In this document: piece by piece, positions 24,256 through 37,755 of the stretch | How positions within the stretch are numbered: position 1 is the first letter of the stretch | Layout: each line of letters opens with the position of its first letter | DNA from: Centroscyllium fabricii | Lineage: Eukaryota | Reading direction: 5' to 3' | Assembly (NCBI GenBank): GCA_051313645.2 | Contig: JBNRSN020000001.1 | Location: 428,048,001-428,112,000, forward strand | DNA length: 64,000 nucleotides | The notes under the pieces: generated by a model | Seen by the model: the letters and a program-made list of their open reading frames with translations, nothing else | Database searches by the model: none | What the model was told of the DNA's origin: nothing | Program-made: the position numbers and the translations under genes

Positions 24256-26507
24256 TGGAATACCCTGGGAAATTCATTGAAGTCAGTTTGGCACTAGATG
24301 AATGGATGCAAACTGGCTGCAGTTCGAGAGGAAAATCTAGCTCACCATCTTCTAATTACTGTACACATATTTTCAATGGAAAATTAGAAGTAAACATAAA
24401 ACATAAGCACAGAGAGAACACAAAGCTGTTCTTTAGAACTTTTAGGCTTATTGATCCTCGCCTGCCCTAATAATATCTCACATGGATTCTTGGATCAAGC
24501 CAGCATGTACTGGCTTTGATCTGCTGATTTCTAAACCATCAACATTGCTGTGGGTAATTAACACTGGTTGAACAAACTGTTTGTACTTGGAGTCTAGAGG
24601 GCACATCATACTGCCAAGGACGAGGGAAAATGTTCATATTGTATACTCTGCAGGTTTGCCCATTTTTGCCTCAACAGTGGTTTTATACTGCCAATATAAA
24701 CTGGAGTTGTGTGGGTTTTGTTTGACCAAAGCTTTTACAACTCACATGTGCAGCTTACTACAAACCCATGGGTCTCCCTCTGTTGGCTGTGCTCCATAAT
24801 GTAAACAAGCTTGGCTCCTTTATCCTGAAAGCATTGTGGATCCATGAAAATGCTGATCGATTATTCTCCTGTTGGGACCTGAAATGAAAGAGAGGGACAG
24901 GGTTAGCTTTTAGTGTGAAGGGCGAGCAAAGGGAGATGCGTGACTGCTGAATGCAGCAGCAGTTTGTCATGCAGAGTGTGTAGGGTGAGATAGAAGTAAG
25001 AAGGGAAAAAGAGGAGGGGGTAGAAGCAATCCCAGGGTCGTTCGCTCCATGGATGCTGACTGACCTATTTGTGCTTCCAACATTTGCAGTTTTTTGCTTT
25101 GTATTTATTCTTTAATCTCTATTATAACACTCATCTGATGCTAGTTGTTTTCACACAAGATAGCTTTGATGGTATAGTAGAATAAGTCGCTTTTTGAACA
25201 TGAAAGGATTTTCATTACAAAGAAAAATGACATTTTGAATGAGAGAGAACAGAAAGAGTTGAAGAGAGAGGCGTCAGTCTGTCCTGGCCCTACTCCACCA
25301 TGTTCATTCTGCATGAATGTGGTGCCACTAGAACAATTAAGGGAGAAGATTTCATGTCAGCCTGCTCTGCAGATTTATATCATGATCTGAGACAACTTAC
25401 TATTTTTGGACTGATAAATAACCCAGGCACATTAATCTTTATTATTTTTTCAAAACAGTAAACAATATTAGTTATACTTTTAAGAGCCTGTTCCAAGTGC
25501 AATGGTTGTTACATGCAATATTTTTTAAAACACTGTCGTGACCTTTCTCTCCAACAAATCTTGTAATGAGGTGCAAAAACTGCTTTCAGTTCACATTTGT
25601 CAGGCTTGGGTTTTAAATTGAGAATTTGTGATGATAAATCTGTCAATCTACTCCTAAAGCACAAACACAATACTTTCTTCCCTTGTTTTTGTGGAAAGTT
25701 CTCGAGCTGTAAATGTCGCTGTCCAATCAAATACAAGTTCACTGATGCAAATTTACAAACCTCTAGTTTCTGAAAAATGAGCCTTGAGGAATCAGCACGC
25801 AGGTCTACTATCGATTGTGATAAGCTCTGATAGATGACAGGTTGAACAAGTGAGGAAAACATGCTTTGCAGCAGCAGCAGTGGCAATCCTACTGGTGGAT
25901 AGAGTTTTAAAATGCCTGTAGTGTGAAATCACAGTTGGGCCCAGAAAACACGTGTCCACACTTCAGTCTGAGTGCAGTTGGGATTCTGGGGCCATTGTTG
26001 AATTTACTAATCTGGAAGCAAGTGTACCATATTGAGCTGATCATTCCAATTTGCTATTGGGTTCATTAAAAAACAGCATTTGGGAACAGTATTCAGGCAA
26101 AGATAATGGATAATCCTCTTCAAAAATGGATGGCAGGCACCTGAAAGAAGGAGCAAAATGTGCCAGTGTTCATTAAGCAGCCGTAATTTTTTTTTAGGAG
26201 TTGTAGCTGAGTTGTTACACAGAGTGGCACTAGTGCATTCAGGGAAACCCTTCGTACTGTGGGAAGATCACAGACCTTAAGTTGTAGGTGCTTGTAAAGG
26301 AAAACTCTCTGAGTTTGTCTCATTGTTATCTCCCAGTAAATGTTTATGACCCTGCTGTGCCCTCCTCATGTCCAAGTTTCTCTCTCTCAGGGGGTTCAGC
26401 TTCTGCCTCAATCTTCTCATCGGGAAGCACAATTTCCAAGCCTTTCTGAATAGTGAAATTGTGGCGGACACAGCAGACTAATATAATTCACAAGACAACA
26501 TGGGGAG

Positions 26508-29500
26508 TGTGATAAACCCTTTTATCATATGTATATAGTTAACTGACATGTATCGTTATGTATCAATGTAATACCTATACTGTAATGTGATTCCTGGGAC
26601 ATGCCCAGGTTAGCTCCGCCCACGACTCCTCCCTCCCTGGAGGAGGTATATAAGTGGCTACCACCCATCCCCCAGCCATACCTGGGGACAGTCGACTAGC
26701 TGGTGCATGTTCCAGTTAGTAGTCAATAAAAGCCTAATTGTTTCTTCATCTAACTACTCACCTTCGAGGTCGTTATTTCAGGTCACAATTTTATTGACTA
26801 CTTTTGAAAATGGATACTATGCTCAAGCCAGCAACGTTTGAATTGGACCCCCGAACACCAGGAGCATCGAACACTTTTACACACTGGCACAGTGTCTTCG
26901 ATGCATACCTAAGAGCGAACGCAGCGGTCGTGGTGACCGAAGAGGACAAACGACGGCTCCTCAACGCCCGGGTGGGCCCTCAGGTGTACTCCATGATCGT
27001 GGACGCCTCATCTTACCTGGATGCCATCAGGATTCTCAAAGCTGAGTACAATCGGGCACCTAATATCGTCCACGCTAGGCATATCCTTGCCACCAGAAAA
27101 CAACAACCTGGTGAGTCAAGCGTGGAGTTCCTAAGAGCTCTCAGAATACTGTCGCGGGCCTGCGACTGCAGAGCGCTAACGGCCCCGGTCCATGCAGACA
27201 GTCTCATTAGAGATGCATATGTAACAGGCCTCAGGTCGGACTATGTGAGACAGAGACTGCTAGAGCAGAACGGCCTTGACCTGCAGGCAACCGCGGACCT
27301 GGGGAATGCGCTGGATGTGGCCTCACTAAATCTGTCATCTTATTCGAGTAACTACACGGGCCCAGCCCCGCCATCTTGGACAATGCCGGCGCAATGACCG
27401 GCAGAAGAATTAATTGCAGCTGCCCACGCGAAGACGGCAGCCAAATGTTACTTTTGTGGGCAGTCTCAGCACCCGAGACGTAACTGCCCTGCTAGAGAAG
27501 CGGCCTGTTCGAAATGTGGGAAGAAAGGACACTATGCAAAGGTCTGTAAAGCAACCACAAAATCGAAACCGGGCAGCGCCGCGTGTGGAACATGGGAGCA
27601 GCCACATTGGGCTCACCCATCCCCCACTCAGCACCCCTCGTGGCAGCAGTCGCCATATTGGACTCAGCCTCCCCCTCCACAGTACACCGCATGGCGGCAG
27701 CCATCTTGGGGACCAGCCCCGGAGGACTACTCTTCGGATCAAGACGAATCGGCTGACCCAGTATTGGCATCGGTGACCATCGACCAGGACAAGACTCAGT
27801 CACTGGAAAAATCTTCGGATCAAGACGAATCGGCTGATCCAGTATTGGCATCGGTGACCCTCGATCAAGACAAGACTCAGCCACTGGAAAAATCTATGAT
27901 GCCGGTGGAAGTTAATGGTCAAGAGGTGGAGTGCCTGTTCGACAGTGGGAGCACAGTAAGTTTTATTAATCCTAATACTGTAAAGCGTCTCTCCCTTAAA
28001 GTAATACCTGCGCGCCAGAGAATATCCATGGCTTCCAAGTCAGAATCTGCAGACGTCTCCGGGCGCTGTGCAGTAGCACTCAATGTCCAGGGCGCGCTGT
28101 TTAATAATTTTAGCTTTTACGTGCTGCCACAGCTCTGCGCCCCCTTACTCCTGGGACTGGATTTCCAGTGCCATCTCCAGAGCGTTACTATGGCGTTCGG
28201 TGGGCCCCTTCCTTCGCTTACGGTTAGAAACCGCAGCCCAGCGCGGCACCCCCAACGCACTACCTGTGGCCTCTCGACCCTTAAGGTCGCCCCTCCATCC
28301 CTCTTTGCCAACCTCACCCCAGACTGCAAGCCCGTCGCCACCAAGAGTAGGCGCTACAGTGCTGGGGACATGGATTTTATAAAGTCCGAGGTGCAGCGCC
28401 TCCTAAAAGAAGGGGTCATCGAGGCCAGTAATAGCCCCTGGAGGGCGCAGGTAGTGGTAGTCAAAACCGGAGAGAAGAACCGGATGGTTGTGGACTACAG
28501 CCAGACTATAAACCGGTTCACCCAACTAGATGCCTACCCCCTCCCCCGGATAGCGGACATGGTGAACCAGATCGCGCAGTTTAAAGTGTTTTCCACCATA
28601 GACCTTAAATCTGCCTATCACCGGCTTCCCATCCGCTCAGAGGACCGTCTCTATACAGCCTTCGAGGCTGACGGTCGCCTCTACCAATTTCTTAGGGTCC
28701 CGTTTGGCGTCACGAATGGGGTCTCGGTCTTCCAAAGGGAGATGGACCGAATGGTCGATCGGCACGGGCTGCGAGCCACTTTCCCTTACCTCGATAATGT
28801 GACCATTTGCGGCCATGATCAGCAGGACCATGACGCCAACCTCCAAAAATTTCTCCACACCGCCAAAACGCTGAACTTAACCTATAACACAGAAAAATGT
28901 GTGTTTAGTACCACCCGCCTGGCCATCCTCGGCAGCGTTGTGGAGAATGGGGTCATCGGTCCCGACCCGGACCGCATGCGCCCCCTCATGGAGCTCCCCC
29001 TCCCCCACTCCCCCAAGGCCCTTAAACGGTGCTTGGGATTTTTCGCTTACTATGCCCAGTGGGTCCCCAACTATGCGGACAAAGCTCGCCCACTACTCAA
29101 ATTGACCTCTTTTCCCCTGTCTGCAGAAGCCAACTCGGCGTTCTGTGGAATTAAAAACGATATTGCTAAAGCCACGATGCACGCTGTGGATGAGTCCGTC
29201 CCGTTCCAAGTGGAGAGCGATGCATCGGACTTTGCCCTGGCCGCCACCCTTAACCAGGCGGGCAGACCCGTGGCCTTCTTCTCGCGTACCCGCCAGGGCC
29301 CCGAGACCCGTCACTCCTCAGTCGAGAAGGAGGCCCAGGCCATCGTTGAAGCAGTGCGGCACTGGAAGCACTACCTGGCCGGCAAGCGTTTTACCCTGTT
29401 GACTGACCAACGATCAGTCGCGTTCAAGTTCAACAACAAGGAACGGAGTAAAATCAAGAACGACAAGATATTAAGGTGGAGAATTGAACTCTCTGCGTTC

Positions 29501-31257
29501 AATTATGATATCTTGTACCGGCCCGGGAAATTTAACGAACCCCCAGACGCCCTATCCCGCGGTACCTGTGCCAGCTCACAGGCTGACCGTCTCCAAACCC
29601 TTCACAATGACCTCTGCCACCCGGGGGTCACCAGGTTGGTTCACTTCGTGAAGTCCCGCAACCTCCCCTACTCTATCGAAGAGGTCAAGACCCTGACCAG
29701 CAATTGCCAGGTCTGCGCGGAGTGCAAGCCGCACTTCTACCGGCCAGACCGGGCGCACTTGATCAAGGCCACTCGCCCCTTTGAACGACTCAGCGTCGAT
29801 TTCAAAGGACCCCTTCCCTCCTCCAACAGGAATGTGTACTTCCTCAACATAATTGATGAGTACTCCCGCTTCCCCTTCGCCATTCCTTGCCCGGACATGA
29901 CCTCCGCCACTGTTATCAAAGCCCTCAATAGTATCTTCTCCCTGTTCGGCTATCCCAACTATATCCATAGTGACTGGGGGGCCTCTTTTATGAGTGATGA
30001 GCTGTGTCAGTTTCTGCTAGCGAAAGCCATCGCGACTAGCAGGACTACCAGCTACAACCCCCGGGGGAACGGACAGGTCGAGAGGGAGAACACCACTGTC
30101 TGGAAGGCCATCCAGTTAGCCCTACGGTCTAAAGGCCTCCCAGTCACCCGCTGGCAGGACGTCCTCCCTGAAGCGCTCCACTCTATCCGGTCCCTCCTGT
30201 GTACTGCCACTAATGCCACCCCTCACGAACGACTTTTTGCCTTCCCCAGGAAGTCAGCTTCCGGGACCTCGCTACCATCGTGGCTACTATCCCCGGGACC
30301 GGTCCTGCTACGGAAGCACGTGAGGGGACACAAGGCAGATCCCCTGGTCGAACGGGTCCACCTCCTGCACGCCAATCCCCAGTACGCCTACGTGGCATAC
30401 CCCGATGGGAGGGAGGACACCGTGTCCATAAAGGACCTGGCACCAGCGGGAGTCCCCAAACACAGCCCCGCTCAGCAGCCCAAGCACCCAAGAAGCCCCG
30501 CTCAGCAGCCCGCGCCCCCAAAACGTCCTGTTACGCTCCCCCAGCCACCGACGCCAAGGTACGCTCCCCGGCATGTGGACCCAGTACCCCAGTATGCCCG
30601 CACGACACCTGCGAGCAGCACGGCGTGGCAGCCAGCTTGGATCCACAGCGCGCGCCCCCTAGAGTCAGAGGACAAAGGAGAGAGCGCGCCCCCTGCTGTC
30701 AGAATAAGGGCACCACCACCCAGAAGTAATAATTTAACGACCACCGCTCGTCAACCGGCACCAGCACCACCACAGCAACCGACCCGGCCAGCCACCCCGC
30801 GACCACGGACACCACCAGCGGTGCAACGATCGACGAGGATCACCAAACCGCCGGAACGACTTAACCTTTAATTAAAGAACTTTTCCTTTTCACCCCGCCG
30901 TACTTTTGTGGATTAAAGAATTATTTTTCTCTCTTTCCTTTCACCCCGCCGGACTTTCGTTTTAAAGAAGGGGTGAATGTGATAAACCCTTTTATCATAT
31001 GTATATAGTTAACTGACATGTATCGTTATGTATCAATGTAATACCTATACTGTAATGTGATTCCTGGGACATGCCCAGGTTAGCTCCGCCCACGACTCCT
31101 CCCTCTCTGGAGGAGGTATATAAGTGGCTACCACCCATCCCCCAGCCATACCTGGGGACAGTCGACTAGCTGGTGCATGTTCCAGTTAGTAGTCAATAAA
31201 AGCCTAATTGTTTCTTCATCTAACTACTCGCCTTCGAGGTCGTTATTTCAGGTCACA
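26508..31257 (+). mobile_element. Gypsy C, complete
   Basis: 280-bp LTRs 26508-26787 and 30978-31257 (2 differences seen); 5-bp TSD GGGAG; PPT AAGAAGGGGTGAA. Confidence 0.96.
26804..30871 (+). pseudogene. Single-frame gag-pol of Gypsy C with one TGA at 27395-27397
   Basis: ORFs 26804-27397 and 27764-30871 share a frame; knuckles CYFCGQSQHPRRNC follow the stop in frame; protease LFDSGS; RT YLDN; RNase H; integrase. Confidence 0.9.
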
Positions 31258-31879
31258 GGGAGTATACATGAGAGAGCCTCAGGACTTATCTGGGTACCTG
31301 AATCTTCACTTTAGCATGCCAATGGCCTATCAATTTTAATTTGACTGCAGATGTGAGCCTCATTGTAGCATTCTTCCAATTTCTTTGTGGTCCTTCTCAA
31401 TGGTGTTAGAAGCCATGGTAGTACTGGATATCTTATTGTTTCCAAGAAGTCATCGTGTCCTTAATTCTGAGACTGTGGGGACACTGGACTACCAAAAGAT
31501 GAACAAATTATTGCAGCTCCATACTGGGCATTGATGTACAAAAGTCTGTGCCTGCAGTTGCACACCAATTGGACATTAAGGGAGTGAATTCCCTCTTGGT
31601 TCACATAAAGGCATGGTTTGGCAGTTGGAACTCATGTAGCCATATGAGTGCAATCCGTAATTCCAAGTACCAAGGATATGATAAAACTCTGATAGAAATG
31701 AATGATTGACTCATCCATTCATCTTGATGCTGCCTCAAATTTAAAGATCTGGTCACCCTGGAAAACAGGGCATTCATTCCAAAGGGCAACATCCTGCAAA
31801 AATGGACAGTAACTTGACCGTAGTTGCCCCTTGTACTGATCAAATGGCCAGGAATTTAAGTGCTGCAATGACGTTCTGG

Positions 31880-33550
31880 AACATAAGAACATAAGAAATT
31901 GGAGCAGGAAACATAGAAACATAGAAGATAGGAGCAGGAGTAAGCCATTTGGCCCCTCGAGCCTGCTCCGCCATTCAATGAGATCATGGCTGATCATCCA
32001 AACTCAGTACCCTGTACCTGCCTTTTCCCCATACGCCTTGATACCTCGAGCTCTAAGAAATATATCTAACTCCTTCTTGAATATATTTAATGACTTGGCC
32101 TCAACTGCCTTCTGTGGTAGAGAATTCCACAGGTTCACCACTCTCTGGGTGAAAAAATTCTTCCTCATCTCTGTCCTAAATGGCTTACCCCTTATCCTTA
32201 GACTGTGACCCCTGGTTCTGGACTCTCCGACCATCGGGAACATTCTTCCTGCATTTGGCCGTTTGAGCCTGCTTCGCCATTCAGTAAGATCATGGCTGAT
32301 CTTCTACCTCAACTCCACCTTCCCGCACTATCTCCATATCCCTTGATTCCCTTAATATCCAAAAATCTATCGATCTCTGTCTTGAATATATTCAACGACC
32401 AAACCTCCACAGCCCTCTGCGGTAGAGAATTCCAAAGATTTACCATCCTCTGAGTGAAGAAATTTCTTTTCATCTCATAGAAACATAGAAACATAGAAGA
32501 TAGGAGCAGGAGTAGGCCATTCGGCCCTTCGAGCCTGCTCCGCCATTCAATGAGATCATGGCTGATCATCCAAACCCAGTACCCTGTCCCTGCCTTGTCT
32601 CCATATCCCTCGATCCCTATCAAACCTGCACCGACACATATCCCACCCTATCCCAGTAACCCCACATATTCAATCGCCCTAACACTAAGGGTCAATTTAT
32701 CCTGGCCAATCAACCTAACCCGCACATGGCTGATCCCTTATTCTGAGATTATGACCCCTGGTTCTAGACTCCCCAGCCAGGGGAAACCTCTTCCCTGCAT
32801 CTAGCCTGTCAAGCCCTCTAAGAATTTAGTATGTTTCAATGAAATCACCTCTCATTCTTCTAAACTCTAGAGAATATAAGCCTAGTCTACTCAATCTCTC
32901 CTCATAGGACAATACACCCATCCTAGGAATCAGTCTGGAGAAACTTTGTTGCACTCTCTCTCTGGCAAGTATATCCTTCCTTAGATAAGGAGACCAAAAC
33001 TGTACACAATACTCCAGGTGTGGTCTCATCAAGGCCCTATATAATTGCAGTAAAGATGTATTTACTCTTATACTCAAATCCTCTTGTAATAAAGGCCAAC
33101 ATACCATCTGCTTTCCTAATTGCTTGTTGTACCTGCATGTTAACTTTCAATGATTCGTGTGCAAGGACACCCAGGTCCCTCTGAACACCAACATTTCCCA
33201 ATCTCTCACCATTTAAAATATACTCTGCTTTTCTATTTTTCCCACCAAAATGGATAACTTCACATTTCTCCACATTATATTCCATTTGCCATGTTCTTGC
33301 CCACTCACTTAGCCTGCCTATATCTCCTATATCTCTTTGCATCCTCCTAACAACTTACATTCCCACCCAGTTTTGTATCAATCAGCAAATTTGCATATAT
33401 TACATTTGGTTCCCTCATCCAAATCATTGATATAGATTGTGAATAGCTGAGGCCCAAGCACTGATCCTTGCGGTACCTCACTAATTACAGCCTGCCAACC
33501 CGAAAATGACCCGTTTATTCCTACTCTCTGTTTTCTGTCCGTTGACCAAA
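31880..33550 (-). mobile_element. Cluster of nested CR1 3' fragments and a V-SINE 3' half (32477-32725)
   Basis: Repeated CATAGAAA/CATAAGAA tails at about 31880, 31910, 32477; CR1 C-terminal peptides RNFFTQRVVNLWNSLP. Confidence 0.85.
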
Positions 33551-34003
33551 CCAATGCAAAATAATGAATAATAGTCTCCTCCAGATAAAGTTATATAAAT
33601 AGTTTAACCCCTCAAGTTTTTATTTTGGTGGTGGAGGGATCACATTTGAGATATTACAGGCAGCGTTCAAAATCCAGCGTGTTTTATTGAACACTCCTTT
33701 AATGTTCCATATGTAAAGTAATTGACAGCTGGAGACAATTACAGTTGTAACATCTGATTAATACATACAATCTATTCTTAATTCAAAGTCACTTAATTCA
33801 AAATAACTGATAATTCAATGTTATTAACTTTGCTTAATTGAAATTATTGGATAATTAAAACAAAAAAAATGGAATTATTCTGTCACAGCCCTAATTTGTT
33901 ACTGCTTTATGTCAGCAACTCACAGCATCCTGTGTCACCCACTTACAGTGGCAAGCACCACCTCAGATCCTTCCACTCCGGGGTAATGGCGGAATGTCTG
34001 TGG

Positions 34004-34470
34004 GGAGGCGGCGGCATAGTTGTTATGTCACTAGACTAGTAAGGCAGAGGCTCAGTCAAATGCTCTTGATGATATGGGTTCAAATCCCACCACGGCAGCT
34101 GGTGGAATTTAAATTGAATTCAATTTAATTCTGGAATTAAATGTTAGTCTTAGTAATGGCGACCATGATACCATTGTCGATTGTTGCAAAAACCCATCTG
34201 GTTAACTAATGCCCTTCAGGGAAGGAAATCTGCCATCCTTACCTGGTCTGGCCTACATGTGACACCAGACTCTCAGCAATGTGGTTGACGCTTAATGGCC
34301 TAGCAAGCCACTCCATTGCAAACAACCGCTACGCAACATTGTGGGTGTACCTACACCATATGGACTGCAGCGGTTCAAGAAGGCAGCTCACCACCATCAT
34401 CTCCAGAGCAATTAGGCATGGGCACTAAATGCAGGCCTAGCCAGCCAGTGATGCCCACAAACCATCAACG
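34004..34470 (+). mobile_element. Second tRNA-derived SINE family with tail from the 23560-type LINE
   Basis: GGCATAGTTG A-box-like, GGTTCAAATCCC B box; 3' part GGACTGCAGCGGTTCAAGAAGGCAGCTCACCACC shared with 24150 and 43705. Confidence 0.65.
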
Positions 34471-35082
34471 AATAGAAAAAAAAGTCTGTTGGGATTTGTA
34501 GGAAGAAGCATTTGGTGAAGCACAGAGCACGAGTGAGGAGGAGAGTGCAGGTGGAATCATGGAAGATGCAACCTGGTGGACAGAGAGTCAGCTTGAGGGC
34601 TCCTTCAGCTTCTGTGCCCAGAGATTCGGACCTTTGGTAGTTCAATATCAGCACTTCATGGAGTCATTTGAGGCTGTGCCATGCAGCCTGTACAGTTAGG
34701 GGGTGTCTATGGAGGAGTGCCTGAGTGCCTGACTGAGCTGTGGCCAATCCAGGGCCCTCTAGAGCCAAGCACCCCTTGAGCCAAGGCTCTAAGCCCAGGT
34801 ATAGCTTCTCTCTTTAACAAGTGCTATCGACACCTTGATCATCTACAGCAGTCTGTCTCTTCTGGATTCATCCTGGAGGGGAATCAGATTGAGACGGCCA
34901 CAACTCAGGGCTTCAGCTACTTCATTGCTGCCCCAGAGGCCCATGCCCATACAGATCTCTAGCCAGGTTGACGGGGTGAGAGGGATTGCCACAGTTCATG
35001 GAGATTTCTGCAATCCTGTTGCAATGTGACATTGCCCTGAGATACTGCAGCTGAGATTCCAATTTTGCAGCATCGAGGAGCC

Positions 35083-36982
35083 ATTGTTGGTCATCTTCCA
35101 AAATTCGATAGACTCTGGAATAGTACCAATGGATTGGAGGGTAGCTAATGTTACCCCACTGTTTAAAAAAGGTGGTAGAGAGAAAACGAGGAATTACAGA
35201 CCGGTAAGCCTGACATCGGTAGTGGGGAAAATGCTAGAGTCCATTATAAAAGATGTAATAACAGAGCACTTGGAAAACAGTCAACATGGATTTACAAAGG
35301 GTAAATCGTGCTTGTCTAATCTACTGGAATTTTTCGAAGATGTAACTGATAAAATAGATAAGGGAGAACCAGTGGATGTGGTGTATTTGGACTTTCAAAA
35401 GGTGTTCGATAAGGTCCCGTATAAGAGATTGGCATGTAAAGTTAAAGCACATGGGATTGGGGGCAAGGTACTGTCTTGGATAGAGAACTGGTTGGCAGAC
35501 AGATAGCAAAGAGTTGGAATAAACGGGTCCTTTTTTGAGTGACAGGCAATGACTAGTGGGGTATCGCAGGGATCGGACCTTGGACCCCAGCTATTTACAA
35601 TATATATTAATGATCTAGACAAGGGAACTAGATGTGATATCTCCAAGTTTGTAGATGGCACAAAGCTGGGTGGGTGTGTGTGTTGTGAGGAGGATGCCGA
35701 GAAACTCCAGTGTGATTTGGACAGGTTGGGTGATTGGGCAGAAGCATGGCAGATGCAATATAATGTGGATAAATGCGAGGTTATCCACTTTGGTGTCAAA
35801 AAAAGGAAGGCATATTATTATCTGAATGGCAATAGATTGGGAGAAGGGAAGTGCAACGAGACCTGGGTGTCCTTGTGCACCAGTCACTGAAGGTAAGCAT
35901 GTAGGTGCAGCAGGTGGTTAAGAAGGCAGATAGTATGTTGGCCTTTGTAGCGAGAGGGTTTGAGTACAGGAACAAGGATGTCTTGCTGCAGTTGTACATG
36001 GCCTTGGTGAGACCACACCTTGAGTACTGTATGCAGTTTTGGTCACCTTATCTGAGGAAGGATGCTCTTGCCATGGAAGGAGTTCAGCGAAGATTCACCA
36101 GGCTGTTACCTGGGATGACAGAAATGATGGCTGAGGAGAGATTGGGTCGATTGGGCTTCTACTCGCTGGAGTTTAGAAGAATGAGAGGGGATCTCAATGA
36201 AACTTATAAAATTCTAACAGGGCTAGACAGACTAGATGCAGAAAGGATGTTCCCGATGGTCGGGGAGTCCAGAACCAGGGGTCACAGTCTAAAGATAAGG
36301 GGTAGGCCATTTAGCACAGAGATGAGGAGGAATTTCTTCACCCAGAGAGTGGTGAACCTGTGGAATTCTCTACCACAGAAGGCCGTAGAGGCCAATTCAT
36401 TAAATATATTTAAGAAGGAGTTAGATATATTTCTTAACGGGAGGCACGGTGGCATAGTGGTTAGCATTGTTGCCTCACAGCTCTGGAGACCCGGGTTCAA
36501 ATCCAGCCTCGGGTACTATCTGTGTGCAGTTTGCACATTCTCCCCGTGTCTGCGTGGGTTTCCTCCGGGTGCTCCGGTTTCCTCCCACAGTCCAAAGATG
36601 TGCGGGTTAGGTTGATTGGCCATGATAAATTGACCCTTAGTGTTAGGGGGATTGAATATGTGGGGTTACGGGGATAGGGTGGGATATGTGTTGATGCAGG
36701 CTCAATAGGGATATAGGGAGAGGGCAGGGGCGGGGTACTGGGTTTGGATGATCAACCATGATCTCATTGAATGGCGGAGCAGGCTCGAAGGGCTGAATGG
36801 CCTACTCCTGCTCCTAGTTTCTATGTTTCTATGTTTCTTAAGGCTAAAGGGATCAAGGGATATGGCAAGAAGGCAGGAACAGGGTACTGAATTTGGATGA
36901 TCAGCCATGATCTCATTGAATGGTGGAGCAGGCTCGAAGGGCCAAATGGCCTACTCCTGCTCCTATCTTCTATGTTTCTATG
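35083..36982 (+). mobile_element. 5'-truncated CR1 (RT to 3' UTR) with SINE insertion
   Basis: NYRPVSLTSVVGK, YLDFQK, QGSDLGP, RPHLEYC; TCTATGTT tail near 36980. Confidence 0.9.
36438..36833 (+). mobile_element. HE1-like V-SINE
   Basis: Full head, V domain and tail; 8-bp TSD TTTCTTAA (36430-36437, 36834-36841). Confidence 0.92.
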
Positions 36983-37257
36983 CCACTTCATCACTGGCTA
37001 TGGCTCCTTCCCTTTCAGGGCCTTCTTTAGACCCAGCAGGAAGAGGGACTCGGAAGAGGGACTCGATTACCTCCACCAATTGCATCAAGCATTGAAACCC
37101 AGAGGCATGTTGGGTTCCAGTCATTCACCTCACTTTCTCCTTCCTCTGGAAAACACTTAGAAGGAACACAGGGTTAGAAAGAAGAAGAAACACACAATGT
37201 ACGTTGACTGAGGGGAAGCACTGGGGCAAAACACGTTGAGCACAGCAGCATCGTACA

Positions 37258-37755
37258 GTAAGAACATAAGAATTAGGAGCAGGAATAGGCCATATGGCCC
37301 CTTGAGACTGCTCTGCCATTCAATAAGTTCATGGTTGATCTTTGACCTCAACTCCACTTTCCTGCCCCATCCCCATATCCATTGATTCCTCTAGAGTCCA
37401 AAAGTCTATCTATCTCAGTCTTGAATATACTCAACAACTGAGTATCCACAGCTCTTTGGGGCAGAGAATTCCAAAGATTCACAACCCTCTGAGTGATGGA
37501 TTTCCTCCTCATCTCAGTCTTAAAAGGCCGACCTCTTACCCTGAGACTATTCCCCAGTTCTGGACTCTCCAGCCAGTGGAAACAATCTCTCGGCATCTAC
37601 CCTGTCAATCCCCCTCAGAATCTTATATGTTTCAATGAGATCACCTCTCATTCTTCTAAACTCCAGAGAGTATAGGCCCATTCTACTCAATCTCTCCTCA
37701 TAGGACAACCCTCTCATCCCAGGAATCAGTCGAGTGAACCTTTGTTGCACTGCCT
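37258..37755 (-). mobile_element. CR1 3' fragment
   Basis: QQRFTRLIPGMRGLSYEERL...; TAAGAACA tail. Confidence 0.85.

Noticed and set aside
25509-25886. 125-aa minus ORF in unique DNA
   Set aside because: No motifs or convincing splice signals
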